Source: the human T2T-CHM13v2.0 reference genome, Homo sapiens
Reading direction: 5' to 3' (one strand)
Assembly (NCBI RefSeq): GCF_009914755.1
Contig: NC_060947.1
Length of the DNA stretch: 64,000 nucleotides
A program made the position numbers and the translations under genes. Positions 1 to 34,239 of the stretch are shown one piece after another (the first letter of the stretch is position 1; each line of letters starts with the position of its first letter). The notes beneath the pieces are model-generated. The model did not search any database. It was not told the origin of the DNA and saw only the letters and a list, made by a program, of their open reading frames with translations.

Positions 1-76
1 TGTGTATTCTGAACTGGATGAGTGGACTGTTCTAAAATAGTTAGATGGAGTCAGTTGATAGTAGTATTCATTTTTT

Positions 77-549
77 ATTCCTGTTGTAACAAGTTGCCAC
101 AAACTTAGTGGCTTAAAACGACACATATTTGTTATCATATAGTTCTGGAGGTCAGAAGTTTGCAATAGGTCTCACTGGGTGAGGGGAAGATGTTGACAAG
201 GCTGCATTCTTTTCTGGGTGCTCTAGGGGATTTTCTTGCAATTTCAGCTTCTACAAGCTGCCCCGAATTCCTTGGCTTATGGTCTCCTTCCATCTTCAAA
301 GTCAGCAATAGGTTGCTTATGTCGTTCTCACATTACATCACTCCGACATTCACTCTTCTGCCTCCCTCTTTCACTTCTAAGGACCCTTGTGATGACATTG
401 GGCCCACCCAGATAATCCAGGACAATCCTTCCGCCTTGAGATCTTTAACTTAATCACATCTGCAAAGTCTCTTTTATCATGTAAGATAACGTACTCACAA
501 GTTGTGGAGATTAGGATGTGGATATTTTGGAGGGACTATGTCTACTACA
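77..549 (-). mobile_element. MaLR solo LTR (MLT1 family)
   Basis: Typical MLT1 reverse-strand text: acaaacttagtggcttaaaac...ttctggaggtcagaagt...gggcccacccagataatccaggacaat...tctactaca. Confidence 0.8.
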
Positions 550-576
550 ATAGTGTTGTTCAAATTTTCTCTCTAT

Positions 577-700
577 GCCAGGCACAGTGTTACATGCCTG
601 TAGTCCCAGCTACTCCGGACGCTGAAGCGGGAGGATCACTTGAGTCCAGGAGCTTCAGACCAGCCTGGGCAACATATTGAAACTCTGTCTTTTTAAAAAA
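577..700 (+). mobile_element. Alu monomer (FLAM-like)
   Basis: gccaggcacagtg...tgtagtcccagctact...cagcctgggcaacata followed by an A-tail; single arm. Confidence 0.8.
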
Positions 701-1494
701 AACTTTTAAAAAAGTTTTCTTCTTAAACAAAAAGTTTTCTTTTCACTCTGTTATCAAGAATGAGGTATTGTAATCTTTGCCTATTATTGCTGATTGTCTC
801 TTTCCCCTTTGAATTCTTTCACTTTTTGCTTCATGTATTCTGAGGCTCTCATTAGGTATATATCAGTGTATAATTGTTATATCTTCCTGATGTATTGAAC
901 CTTTTATCAACATGAAATGTACCTCTTTGTCTTTAGTAATATTTCTTATCTTAAAGACCATTTTGTCTGATTTTGCTGTATACACAGTCTCAGCCAGGAA
1001 TGTGCTTGCTGCAACCACAATGGCAACCCCAGACTAAGAGAGATGTATATCATCCCCTCCCACCCTTTGCTGAGATCGTCACTTCCTCTGACTGTGCTAC
1101 TGTGCATGGACATTACCCACTGTTCCCAAGTGAGTGAGACCACTTTGACTATGGCAGCAAAGCTGCCAACCTCACAGCCAACCCAGCCTTAGCAGAACTT
1201 TCACGCTAAGGGAGCTGGAATCTGGGAGAGGCCCCAGGGAAGAACACTGCAGACTCCCACTCTTCTTGCACAAAGTTCAGCAATTTTTCAGGCATGACCA
1301 CTTCTCAGATCATTGTACAATTGTTTTTGTCAATTTTGTCCATCTTTATAGTTACTTTTCTGGAAGAGGATTTGTCTTCCATCTTCACTGGAAGTCCTGC
1401 CTCTACTACAGTGTTGTTTTTAAAATAGATTTCTTTTTCCAGATTAAGGACATTTCCTTTTAATTCTAATTCTCTTAGAAGTTTTTCATTTAAA

Positions 1495-2745
<1,251 letters not shown>

Positions 2746-3584
2746 GTTATTTTATTTAGAAGTTTTGCATGCATGTTAATAAGTGAGATTGGTCTAAAAC
2801 ATTATTTTTTAACACAGTTTTGTGAATTTGATATTAAGTTTGTATTAGCTCGTAATATGGGCTGAGTAAATTTCCCACTCTTTCTGTTTTCTGAAATATG
2901 TTATTTCAGAATTATTTAATATGGAGAGATTATCTTTCCTTTGAAGGTTTGGTAAGACTTTTTAGTAAAACTGTGTGGGCTTCATATTTCTTATCGTGAG
3001 AGATACTTGATTATCAGTTCCTATTTTGGTAATCTGTATTTTTCTTGAAATCTTTCCATCGTGTCTTGGTTTTCAAATGTCCTGGGACAAGGTTGTTCAC
3101 AGTGTTCTCATATGTTATTAAAAATCTCTACTGTTATCATTTGTTATATTTCCTTTCTGTTCCTATTATTGTTTATTTTCTCTCTTCTCACTCCTTTCTG
3201 ATGATCAGACTTGCTGGAATTTTTTCCTTTTTCTTTTTTAAATTAGAGATGGTGTCTAACTCTGTCGCCTAGTCTAGGGTACAGTGGCAGGATCATAACT
3301 CACTGTAGCCTTGAACTCCTGAGCTCAAGTGATCCTCCTGCCTCAGGATCCTGAGTAACTGGGTTTATAGGCGACAGCCACTGTGCCCAACAATTTTTTC
3401 TATTTTAGTAGTTTTGTCAGAGAACAAGATTTTGGTTGCACTGATTGCCTTTTTCTTTCCTTTCTGTCATTAATTTCTGCTCTTATAGACTTTATACCCA
3501 TCTTTCTACTTCTTTGGGGTTTACTTTTTTCAGTCTAAGATCCTGAATTGAATATATAACTCACTTATTTTCAGTCTTTTCTAT

Positions 3585-5516
<1,932 letters not shown>

Positions 5517-5799
5517 TAAACTTACCCTTTTAAAATATATAGTTCAGTGGTTCTTAGTATATTCCCAAAGTTATGCAACCACCACCACGATCTAATTCTG
5601 AAACATGAAACCCCATATCCATTAGGCAGCCATCCCAGCACTACCTCAAACACACACCCAGCCCCTGGCACACCCTAATCTACTTTCTGTCTCTATGGAT
5701 TTGCCTATTCTAGACACTTTTATTATGGATTCATATAATATGTGGCCTTTTCTGCCTGGTTTCTTTCATTTTGCCAAACGTTTTCAAGGTTCATCCATG

Positions 5800-6552
<753 letters not shown>

Positions 6553-6554
6553 AG

Positions 6555-8545
<1,991 letters not shown>

Positions 8546-8894
8546 GTCCAGGTGCAGTGGTTCACACCTGTAATCCCAGCACTTTGGGAGGCTGAGGTAG
8601 GTGAATCACCTGAGGTCAGGAGTTCGAGACCAACCTGACCAACATGGAGAGACCCCATCTGTACTAAAAATACAAAAATTAGCCGGTCGTGGTGGCTCAT
8701 GCCTGTAATCCCAGCTACTCCGGAGGCTGAGGCACGAGAATTGCTTGAACCCCGGGAGGCGGAGGTTACAGTGGCAAAATGTTGATTTTCTAATTCTCTC
8801 ATTCTTTCTGTACTTTTTTATCTGGAATTCTTCTATGGAGACAAAGTATTCCCCATTAATTACTTGGTGACCTTGGGGTTCTGCCTGGGGACAG
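8546..8894 (+). repeat. 3'-truncated Alu fused to a 121-bp old L1 3' fragment; copy 1 of a local duplication
   Basis: Alu ends at GTTACAGTG (8773); 8774-8894 matches 11402-11522 with 3 mismatches. Confidence 0.9.
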
Positions 8895-9205
8895 AAATGC
8901 CATGATAAATGTTTAATTCTTTCCATTTATCAGTTTGCAGAGTTATGAGATGGTGCTTTAGCATGGTGAGGGTTATTAAAATTATCTCTGTGGGCTCACA
9001 TACATATTTTACATACTTCAATCAATTACACTCATTATTGTTTATGATGCTCAAATTATTTCTTGTTTGGCCAGTGGGAGCCCCTTCAAGGTGACTCCTG
9101 TGCCTTCCTGTTAGTATCCTGGCAAGCTGTCCCAGGTTTGTGTTATAAATTTCCTGTCTCAGATGTGGAATCAGCCATTTGGGGGCTTTTCTTTTTTAAA
9201 ACTTA

Positions 9206-9934
<729 letters not shown>

Positions 9935-10235
9935 TAATTTTTATTTTGATTTACTCTTTTTAAAAAACAGTTTTATTGGGATGTAATTTACATACTATAC
10001 AACTCACTGATTTAAAGTGTACAATTCAATGGTTTTTAGTATATTACCAGATATATGCCACCATCGTGACAGTTGGGACATTTGAATCACTTCAGAAGGA
10101 AACCCTTCAGTAAGCTGGGGACACAACAAAGAAATACAAAAGTAAAACAAGAAAAGGAGAATGAAGAAAATCAATTTCTTAAAAAAAGAAAAAAAAGAAA
10201 CCATATCCTTTAGTTATCATTCCCTCATCCCTCAT

Positions 10236-10278
10236 CCTCCCAACCTCCCAACCTCCCAACCTCCCAACCTCCCAACCT
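10236..10278 (+). repeat. (CCTCCCAA)5 tandem repeat
   Basis: Five exact 8-mers plus CCT. Confidence 0.95.
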
Positions 10279-10596
10279 TAATAACCACAAATCTACTTTC
10301 TGTCTCTATAGGTTTTTCGATACTAGACATTTTTTTCTTTTTCTTTTTTTTTGAGACAGGGTCTGGCTCTGTCACCCAGGCTGGAGTGCAATGGTGATCT
10401 TGGCTCACTGCCACCTGCGCCTCCTGGGCTCAAGTGATCCTCCCCCCTCAGCTTCCCACATAGTTGGGATGACAGACATGAGATACTGCACCTGGCTGCT
10501 ATTCTGGACTTTCATAGAGTGGAATAATATAATATGTGGTCATGTCTTTGAAGTTCATCCATGTTATAGCATGAGTTCATTCCTTTTTATTTTTAA

Positions 10597-10965
<369 letters not shown>

Positions 10966-11173
10966 TGATCTGCCTGCATCAGCCTCCGAAAGTGCTGGAT
11001 TACAGGGGTGAGCCACCGAACCTGGCCCCATTCCTTTTTTAAAAACAGCTTTATTGAGATATAATGTACACAGCACACAATTAACTCATTTAAAGTGTAG
11101 AATTCAATGGCCATTAGTGTATTTATAAAATTGTGCAACCATCACCATAGTCAATGTTAGAACCTTTTTATCC

Positions 11174-11821
<648 letters not shown>

Positions 11822-11836
11822 AGAACCTTTTTATCC

Positions 11837-14020
<2,184 letters not shown>

Positions 14021-14023
14021 CCT

Positions 14024-15906
<1,883 letters not shown>

Positions 15907-15914
15907 CCAGTATA

Positions 15915-16131
15915 TTTTTTTAGGTGTGATTAACATTTAAATCAGTGGACTTCGAGTAGAGTATATTATCCTCTATAATGTGAGTAAGCCTCATGTAATC
16001 AGTGGGAGTCTGTAGAAGTAAAGAGGAAGAAAGAATTCTGCCTCCAGACTGCTTTCAGAATCAAGATTGTAGCATGCACTTTTCCCTGGGTCTCCAGCCT
16101 GCTGGCCTGCCTTACAGAACTTGGACTTGCC

Positions 16132-16163
<32 letters not shown>

Positions 16164-16222
16164 CACACACACACATATGTCCTATTGGTTCTGTTCCTCT
16201 GGAGAACCCTGACTAATATACA
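15915..16222 (+). mobile_element. MLT2 (ERVL) LTR 3' portion with internal (TA)(GA)(CA) microsatellite
   Basis: gattaacatttaaatcagtggact...cctattggttctgttcctctggagaaccctgactaata. Confidence 0.8.
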
Positions 16223-16308
16223 TGTATTTCTGCTATTGAGCCCATGTAGTGAGCTTTTAATTTGATATATTGTATTCTTATTATTTTTAGTGCATTGGTA
16301 TTTTGTAG

Positions 16309-20630
<4,322 letters not shown>

Positions 20631-20654
20631 TAAAGCCATCTCATGGATCTTTTG

Positions 20655-20795
20655 TCTCCTTCCTTCCTTCCTTCCTTCTTCCTTTCCTCCTTCCTTCCTT
20701 CTTTCCTTCCTTCCCTCCTTCCTTCTTTTCTTCCTTTCTTCCTTCTTCCCTCCTTCCTTCTTTTTTTCCTTTCTTCCTTCTCCCCTCTGTCCCTC
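20655..20795 (+). repeat. (CCTT)n-type polypyrimidine microsatellite
   Basis: About 140 bp of imperfect CCTT/CTTT repeats. Confidence 0.95.
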
Positions 20796-20915
20796 TAATT
20801 ATCCAGTCATTTACTTAACATTAATTGAATTAATATGCCAGGTTCTATACTAGGTCCAGGGTTAGAGAGAGAAATAAAACTCAGACCCTTTCCTCAGGAT
20901 TCCTCAGCCTCTTCA

Positions 20916-21395
<480 letters not shown>

Positions 21396-21931
21396 ATCCA
21401 GAGAAAACAATTTCATGACATAGAGCAGAACTGTAAAGAACTTGTGAAGTTGTGCTAGAAAAGTCTTTGATTTAAGTTAATCTATTGGCCAGGCACGGAG
21501 CTCATACCTGTAATTCTAACACTTTGGGAGGCCGAGCCGGGAGGATCATTTGAGTCCAGCAGTTAGAAACCAGCCTGGGGAATATGGTGAAACCCCGTCT
21601 CTACAAAAAATCAGGCCAGGCTCAGTGGCTCACGCCTTAATCCCAGCACTTTGTGGGGCAAAGGTGAGCAGATCACTTGAGGTCAGGAGTTCGAGACCAG
21701 CCTGGCCAACATGGTGAAACCCTGTCTCTACTAAAAATACAAAAATTAGCTGGGTGTGGTGCGGGCTGCCTCTAATCCCAGCTACTTGGGAGGCTGAGGC
21801 AGGAGAATCGCTTGAACCTTGGAGGTAGAGGTTGCAGTGAACCGAGAACGCACACTCCAGCCTGTGTGACAGAGCAAAATTCCTTCTCAAACAAAAACAA
21901 AAACAAAAAAACAACAGCAACAAAAAACACA

Positions 21932-22430
21932 AGACACTTTTATTATCTCACACTGTCAGTGAGTCAGGAGATTGAGCATGGTTTAGCTAGATGTTCTGCT
22001 TATGGCTCACAGAGCTTCAATCAAGGTGTTGGAGGGACTGCAGTTTCATCTGCTTGCAAGCTCACGTGGTTGTTGGCAACCTTTAGTTTCTAGCAGGCTG
22101 CTGCACTGATGTCCTCAGTTTCTCGCTGGCTGTTAGCCAGAGGCTGCCCTCAGCTCCTTGCCATATGGCCCTCTCCATACACAGCTTGCTTCTTTTATGC
22201 CAACAAGGAGAGAGTGTCTTTGCAAGAGGGGCATTACAATCATCATGTAATCATTCTGAACGTAATGTACTCATGTATATGTAACCATGTACATCCTGTC
22301 ACCTTAGACATATATTACTGATCAGAAGCAAGTCATGGTTCCTCCCACTTTCAAGAGGAGGGGATCACACGGGAGCATGAACAGCAGGAGGCAGGGATCA
22401 TGAGTGCCACTCTAGAGTCTGTGTGTCATA
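21932..22430 (-). mobile_element. MLT1 LTR fragment
   Basis: ttattatctcacac...gagtcaggagattgagcatggtttagct...agaagcaagtca...ttcaagaggagggga. Confidence 0.7.
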
Positions 22431-22667
22431 AATATGTATACATTTTTTTTCTAGCTGTGTCCATTGAAGTAGCCTAAAAGCAACTTCACTCTGTAATAAT
22501 GAACATCTCTAGTGCTCAGGTTGTGGTCCTTAAAAACCATTCCCCCGGCCTGGCGCAGTGACTCACACCTGTAATCCTAGCACTTTTGGAGGCCGAGGGG
22601 GGCGGATCACCTGCGGTCGGGAGTTTGAGACCAGCCTGACCAACATGGAGAAACCCCGTCTCTACTA

Positions 22668-22943
<276 letters not shown>

Positions 22944-23374
22944 CTATTTGATTGTGCTAGAAATCAGTCAAATTCTCAAGTATCATTTGGGTCATATACC
23001 ATTGGTCACAGTCATGACATTTAGAACATTATAAAGGCTAATGGTGGAAACAGACGGAATCTATGAAAGTCCATGATTTTTTTTCTTTTTTGAGACAAGG
23101 TCTTGCTCTGTTGCCCAGGCTGGAGTGCGGTGGTGCGATCCCAGCTCACTGCAGCCATGACCTCCTGGGTTCAAACAGTCCTCCCACCTCAGCCTCCCGG
23201 GTAGCTGGAACAACAGGCTCCTGGCTAATTTTTCTTTTTTCTTTTTTTGTAGAGATGAGGTCTCACTATGTTGCCCAAGCTGGTTTCAAAATCCTGGCCT
23301 CAAGTGATCCTCTCGCCTCGGCCTCCCAAAGCACTAGGATTACAGGCATGAGCCACTGCACCGGGTCCACTTCC

Positions 23375-23545
23375 CTTTTATAAGGATCTTTGAGATTACG
23401 TTGGCCCTGCTTGGATAATCTTGGATAATCTCCCCATCCCAAGATCCTTAATTTAGTGACATCTGCATAGTCCCTTTTGCCATGTAAAAGATTCCAGAAA
23501 CTAGATTATGGATATCTTTAAGGGGCCATTATTCTGTCTACTACA
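23375..23545 (-). mobile_element. MLT1 LTR fragment adjoining an antisense AluJ-like element (~23077-23368)
   Basis: ggataatctccccatcccaagatccttaattt...ggggccattattctgtctactaca. Confidence 0.8.
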
Positions 23546-23669
23546 GAATGTGGGTTTTAGTTTTTAGTTTTGTGTTTGCATTTTCTAATTTTATGTAATG
23601 TGCATGAATTACTTAAAGTGCATATGTTAAAAATAGAACAATGTTATAGTTTATTTTCAAGTGACATGA

Positions 23670-24102
<433 letters not shown>

Positions 24103-24381
24103 TAGCTAGGTCAGAAACTTCTGTGTGTTGGATGGAACAGGGACCCACAAATTGAGAAGTCATTTCTTCCATTTAGTGGGCAGGAGCCAAGAATGTCATA
24201 TGTCCTTCAATGCATGTGACATTCCTGCAAGGAAGAATTTTCCTACGTCTAACATAATTTTCAAATGTCTCCCTAGACATTTGTGTATATGAAAACCTAT
24301 TTGTGATTATCTGAGCCTAAACTTAACCTTGTTTTACCTGTAAACTCAAAGTACTACTTTTTTATGAAATTTATTTTTTTT

Positions 24382-24506
24382 AAAATATGAAATGCTTTCA
24401 CAAATGTGCATGTCATCTAGCAGGATGTCATCTAGCACAGGGGCCATACTTATTTTCTTAGTATCAATATAATTCCAATGTTAGTATATTGCTGCTAAAG
24501 CAAGCA
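24382..24506 (-). pseudogene. U6 snRNA retropseudogene, full length, degenerate
   Basis: Colinear with the reverse complement of U6 (AAAATATGGAACGCTTCACG...GTCATCCTTGCGCAGGGGCCATGC...TTCCAATTTTAGTATATGTGCTGCCGAAGCGAGCAC); T-rich tail on the left; AACTCAAAG direct repeats on both flanks. Confidence 0.9.
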
Positions 24507-24669
24507 ATAACTCAAAGGATTTTCTGCACGGTTTTAATATATGTGGAATTTTCCAGGAACGGAACTACTATGTAAATTGAAAGGAGTGTGTGTTGTTTTG
24601 TTTGGAACTTTTCCAAGAATAGCTTAATGTTTTAGAAAATCACACCAATGACATAAATGTCATTTATGG

Positions 24670-25230
24670 GCTGTGCTGGATATCTTCCATTTGCCTTTCC
24701 AGATTCACTCCACCCTTCTTTACCTACTCTGTGCCCAGCAAAGGGGCTGTAGCAACAGGTTTCCTTGCCTTCCAGCTTCTGGGTGGGTTCACTCAGTGGG
24801 AAGCATTGGCAGGAGATCTGGAAGGTGGGAGGAGAGTGAGGTGTGCCATTTGAAATGACCATCAAGGCTAGGTTGAATGTGCAAAGCCATATTCCATTAG
24901 AAAATGAAAACGTAATATATAAGTTTGGGTCCAAGCTGGTTGGAAGGCACAAGTAAACTGCATGAAGAGGTGGTTCAGACCCTCACGATGCTTGCTGCTA
25001 CTGGTTTACTTCTCCTTTAACCCAGATCTGCGACTTCCTGGAGAGTTCCCTATGACTGGATAACAGAGAAAGAGCAAGGTTTATGATGCACAGTTTCCCA
25101 GCACAACCTAAAAGTGGGTGGTAGCTGCATTCTAGCCCCTGAAAGACAGTGGTGAAGGGGCAACACTTTGGGCAGTACTTCTTGTTGTCCCTTTCATGTG
25201 GAAGGAGAGATGGCCTATTTTCTCTACGGG
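24670..25230 (+). mobile_element. ERVL remnants: LTR-like segment followed by a pol (RNase H region) fragment
   Basis: gaaggcacaagtaaactgcatgaagaggtgg (GTSKLHEEV) and ctgaaagacagtggtgaaggg resemble HERVL/ERVL pol. Confidence 0.6.
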
Positions 25231-26322
25231 CATATTGTTGGGAGAGGTGATCCCCCATGGCCCAGAGAGTTCCTGCTTGTTCTTGCTGGGCATGCCAAAA
25301 ATGCAAGGTCCTGACTGCTCTTTAGCTGGGCCGTTTATCAGGGCTCTATTGCCAGGAGCTGCCTTGGGGGATGAGGTGATATCTCCTTCTGGGACAAAGA
25401 GCAGGCTTGCTTTCCCCAAGGCTGGTATTCCTTGGCTGTGAGGCAAACCTGCACTGTGTACACAGTGTATCCACCTGGGCCCCTTCGCAAGGTCCTGTGG
25501 GACTTGGAGACTTAGGGAACTGCATGATCCCATGTGAGACTTAGAGAACTGACACAAATATGCTGATGCTCATGCTGCTAGCTCGTGTTGCTGACATCCG
25601 TGAAATGGATATGTGGATCCACAAAAGGCTAACGTGTAAATAGGGGGAAATCCCAGACCCTGGCAAATATTCGTTAGAAACATTGCAGTTGGTTTTACAA
25701 GCTTTTGGACATCATGTGACTTGTATGTGATTTCGCATTGGAGGGTACAACTCAATTATTTCTCTGTAGTTTTGGTCCCTAAGGGAAAAACTTTGTCACT
25801 TTTGTGTTTGAATGATTTTTTTTTGTTGTTGTTATTCAGGCAAAACTCCACTGGCAAAGGTATCACTGCACATCTGTTGGAAAAAACAGGTCACTTTTAA
25901 TAACTTCATGAACGTGTTTGACAGAGTTTCATAGCAAACAGTACTAAGGACTAAGGGCAACTGGATTGCCGATATAATAAACCAGAAATTTAAATATTGT
26001 CATTTTTTTCTATTCATCCTATAGATGGATAACATCACATGCCTCAAATTCCAATTGTTTATAATATTATTTTGCCCCTTTCTTTTCCATAGTAGCTTTT
26101 AAGCTTCTCAGATCTGTCTTTACTTTTTTCAGTTCTAAATAATGGAATTCCAGCATTTCATCTGCAACACCACAGGCCCTCCTGACTGCTGGTATAAGAA
26201 ATCCTAGCAACGGAATAAGGAAAAAGTTATTTTTCTGGTCTCTTAAAATACCCTTGAAAATGTTATTTCTAACAAAGGGCTCTTGTAAGACATCTAGAAC
26301 TCTGAGCTTGTGACTTGATCTA

Positions 26323-29008
<2,686 letters not shown>

Positions 29009-29224
29009 AAGACTGAAAATAGATCAGTGGTTGTCAGGGGTAGGGGAGAAGGAAGGGTTGAGTACATGAGGTTGGTGGTGGATATACGACTCTACAATTG
29101 TCAAAACCTGTGGAATGGTACAACCCCAAGAGTGAACATTACTGTGTGCAAATTGAAAAAAAGAATCAACCTGGTTTTCAGTGATTCCAGGATGAAATGC
29201 AGAGGATGACAAAATAAATTAATT

Positions 29225-29990
<766 letters not shown>

Positions 29991-30089
29991 TTAATTTTAT
30001 GAAAAATATATGACATTACTGAAGATGGTGGAGAAGAAGTTGCTGATTAAGCAACGTTTGCTAAAAAGTGTTTTGATAGTGTAAGGCTA

Positions 30090-30438
<349 letters not shown>

Positions 30439-30449
30439 TTAGTTGGGAG

Positions 30450-31189
<740 letters not shown>

Positions 31190-32368
31190 TAAGGCATTTT
31201 AATAGCAAGAAAGTTATCAACAATTGCTAGGTTCCCGTCTAAAGGACTAAGGAGCCAACTTAAAGAAGTTCCTACTAGCCAAAATTAAAATAATTTGAGT
31301 ATCAACAGAAATAATTGCAGTTGATTGAAACACATCAAATAAGTTTGAGCCCATTAATATATAATATTACTAAACAAACTTATTTTTACCTTTAAAAAAA
31401 CCTGATTGAGGTAGAGGACTTCCAAAATAGTGGGATGAGGAGATCAGTAGATATACTCCCAAATGGAACAAACTTTAACTGGTGAAAATTATTATTGTTT
31501 TTTTCTTTTTGTCTTCATTTTTTTGGGGGGGAACAGGATCTTGCTCTGTCACCCAGGGCAGAGTGCAGTGGCATGATCATGGTTCACTGCAGCCTCAACC
31601 TCGCAGGCTGGTCTTGAACTCCTCAAGTGGAGAAACTTATTCAAGAAAATCTACCTACTAAACCTTGGGAAGAACAATGGGAGTCTGTGGCTTTTGAACC
31701 CCAAAATGCTTCCTGTCCTCTCACCTCAAGCTCAGTGTGTTAGAAGCTCTACTCTGGGAAGACACAGCCAAGAAGATGGGGCACCCTTTCTTCCCAGATC
31801 CCAGAGTAGGGCTATGGTTTTACTCTAGGAAGGGCATGCCATCAGCATCGCATCACCACCAGTTCTGTCTTACAGAAGTTGTATTCCAGGCAACTGCAGG
31901 GCAGAGGATTGGAGCTCCCTCCTCCTTCCAGCCTCCACCTTAGAGCAGAAGTTCTACTACATGGAGGCAGGCTGCAGTACTTTGCCTTGCTTATTCACAG
32001 GGTAGAGTTTCCACACCAGGAGGAGGGAGATGAGAAGACCAGGGGATACTATCTTTGCCCAGTGCCCCTCTTGAAGAGCAAGTGTGTCATTCTGGGAAAA
32101 GCAGGCCACCATCTTCCTCCCCCGGCCAGCTCAGGAGTAGTGGTACAGAGGTTCTGTCCAACAGGAGAGGCAAACCAAAAGAACAGATTGCTGGCTGGGT
32201 GTGGTGGCTCACGCCTGTAATTCCAGCACTTTGGGAGGCCAAGGCGGGCGGATCATTTGAGGTCAGGAGTTTGAGACCAGCCTGGCCAACATGGGGAAAC
32301 CTTGTCTCTACTAAAAATACAAAAATTAGCCGAGCGTGTTGGTGGGCACCTGTAATCCCAGCTAGTCA

Positions 32369-32512
<144 letters not shown>

Positions 32513-32983
32513 CTAGAAATTAGAAGAGGCTAAGTGGGTGTGAAGTAGACCAGCCAAAAGCTTAACAGTTCATCAGGGAAATAGATAGAGAGCCTAGAGT
32601 CAGTCATCCCTGGTGGTCATGGAGACTGTGTGTGCCCAAGGCTGTGGCCTCTGAGGAAGACACCAGCGGCTCCACATTGCATGGGTACCTGGACTTCACC
32701 GAACTAGTCCAATCAAGTCACTAAACAAATAACAAGCAAATACAACAGGTCCTGGAGGTAGGTAAGGGGGAATCAGTATCCAGAGTTGCTACCATAGTCT
32801 CTAAAATGTCATTTTCAACAACAAAAAAATTACAAGACATGCAAGAAAAAGGAAAGTGTGACCAATACATAAGGAAAAAGCACACAATAGAAATTGCTTT
32901 TGAGGGGTCAATGGGTTGAACTTAGCAAAACTTCAAAGCAGCTATTACAAATATATTCAAAAAACCAGGCGAAACCATGTTTA

Positions 32984-33331
<348 letters not shown>

Positions 33332-33375
33332 TTACCCTCTGGGACAGCTGTCCCTTAAAAAAAAAAAAAGAATCA

Positions 33376-33507
33376 CTTGCACCTAAACCCAAAGAATCAC
33401 TGTTTCTTGAAGTGGTGGTTTAAACAAGGTGCAAACAGCAAGCGAATCTCATTACTTTTGGTGGCTGTGGCCATGCTCCTTAAAGTGAACTTAGAGGCTC
33501 TACATCC
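33376..33507 (+). ncRNA. SNORA68: SNORA68 (U68) box H/ACA snoRNA retrocopy, expression unknown (probably the locus annotated SNORA68B)
   Basis: Matches recalled SNORA68 (TTGCACCTAAACCCAAGAATCACTGTTTCTT...GGTGGTTTAAAC..AGGTGCAAACAGCAAGC); basal stem TTGCACCT 33377-84 / AGGTGCAA 33427-34; H box ACAGCA 33435-40; ACA 33502-04. Confidence 0.88.
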
Positions 33508-33911
33508 CTGGTGGCCAGTGCCTGCTGGGACCAGAGGCTGTGGCCATCTGGCCCCCCAGTCAGCCCCAAGTCATCGCCCCCAGGCAATGGCTGTGCCTGA
33601 CAGAATGTACCAGGTCACTGGACAGGCACTCGATAGGAGGTTTGCCAAATGCCTAGAGTCCAGGAAATGCGGTTACCCTGCTCCCTCCCCCTTTTTAGAG
33701 ACCTAGACATGGGTGCCCAGCACCACACCCTGGCCCACTGGAGGAGATTACAGCCAGCAAGTGCAGTTCCACAAATCCATCAAGTTCCTGCTGCTCCACC
33801 GCGTCCTGCACCATCAGCACAAGCCATGCTTCACTACCAAGAGGACCAACACCTTCTGCTAGTTGCAGGGGCCTCTCACCCCAGTGTGCCCCATATAAAC
33901 TCGGGTACGCC
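33508..33911 (+). pseudogene. RPL18A: RPL18A semi-processed retrocopy: retained intron 3' part (33508-33700) plus spliced terminal exons and 3'UTR
   Basis: [41 protein letters not shown] (33782-33862) vs RPL18A [26 protein letters not shown]; polypyrimidine tract + AG at 33680-33700; TATAAA 33894-99; A-rich tail 33912-33968. Confidence 0.9.
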
Positions 33912-34239
33912 AAGAAAGAAAAAAAGAAAGGAAGGAAGGAAGAGAGAGACAGAAAGAAAGAAAGAAAGAAACAATCAGTAAATTTGAAGATCAATAGAGA
34001 TTATGCAATCTTAAGAACAGAGTGAGAAAAAGAATGAAGAAAAATTAGAAGCTTCACAGAAATCTGGGACACCATTAACCACACACCAATATACATGTAA
34101 TGGGAATACTAGAAAAAGAAAAGGAGAAAGGAGAAGAGAAAATATTTGAAGAAAGAATGACTGAAAACCACAAAACATTGCTGAAATAAATTAAAGAAGG
34201 CTTAAATAAAAGGAGACATCCCATATTCTGAGATCAGAG

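Noticed and set aside
33377-33994. ORFs of 109, 110 and 99 aa over the retrocopy
   Set aside because: They read snoRNA, intron or mostly out-of-frame RPL18A sequence; the RPL18A frame is 5'-truncated and frameshifted.
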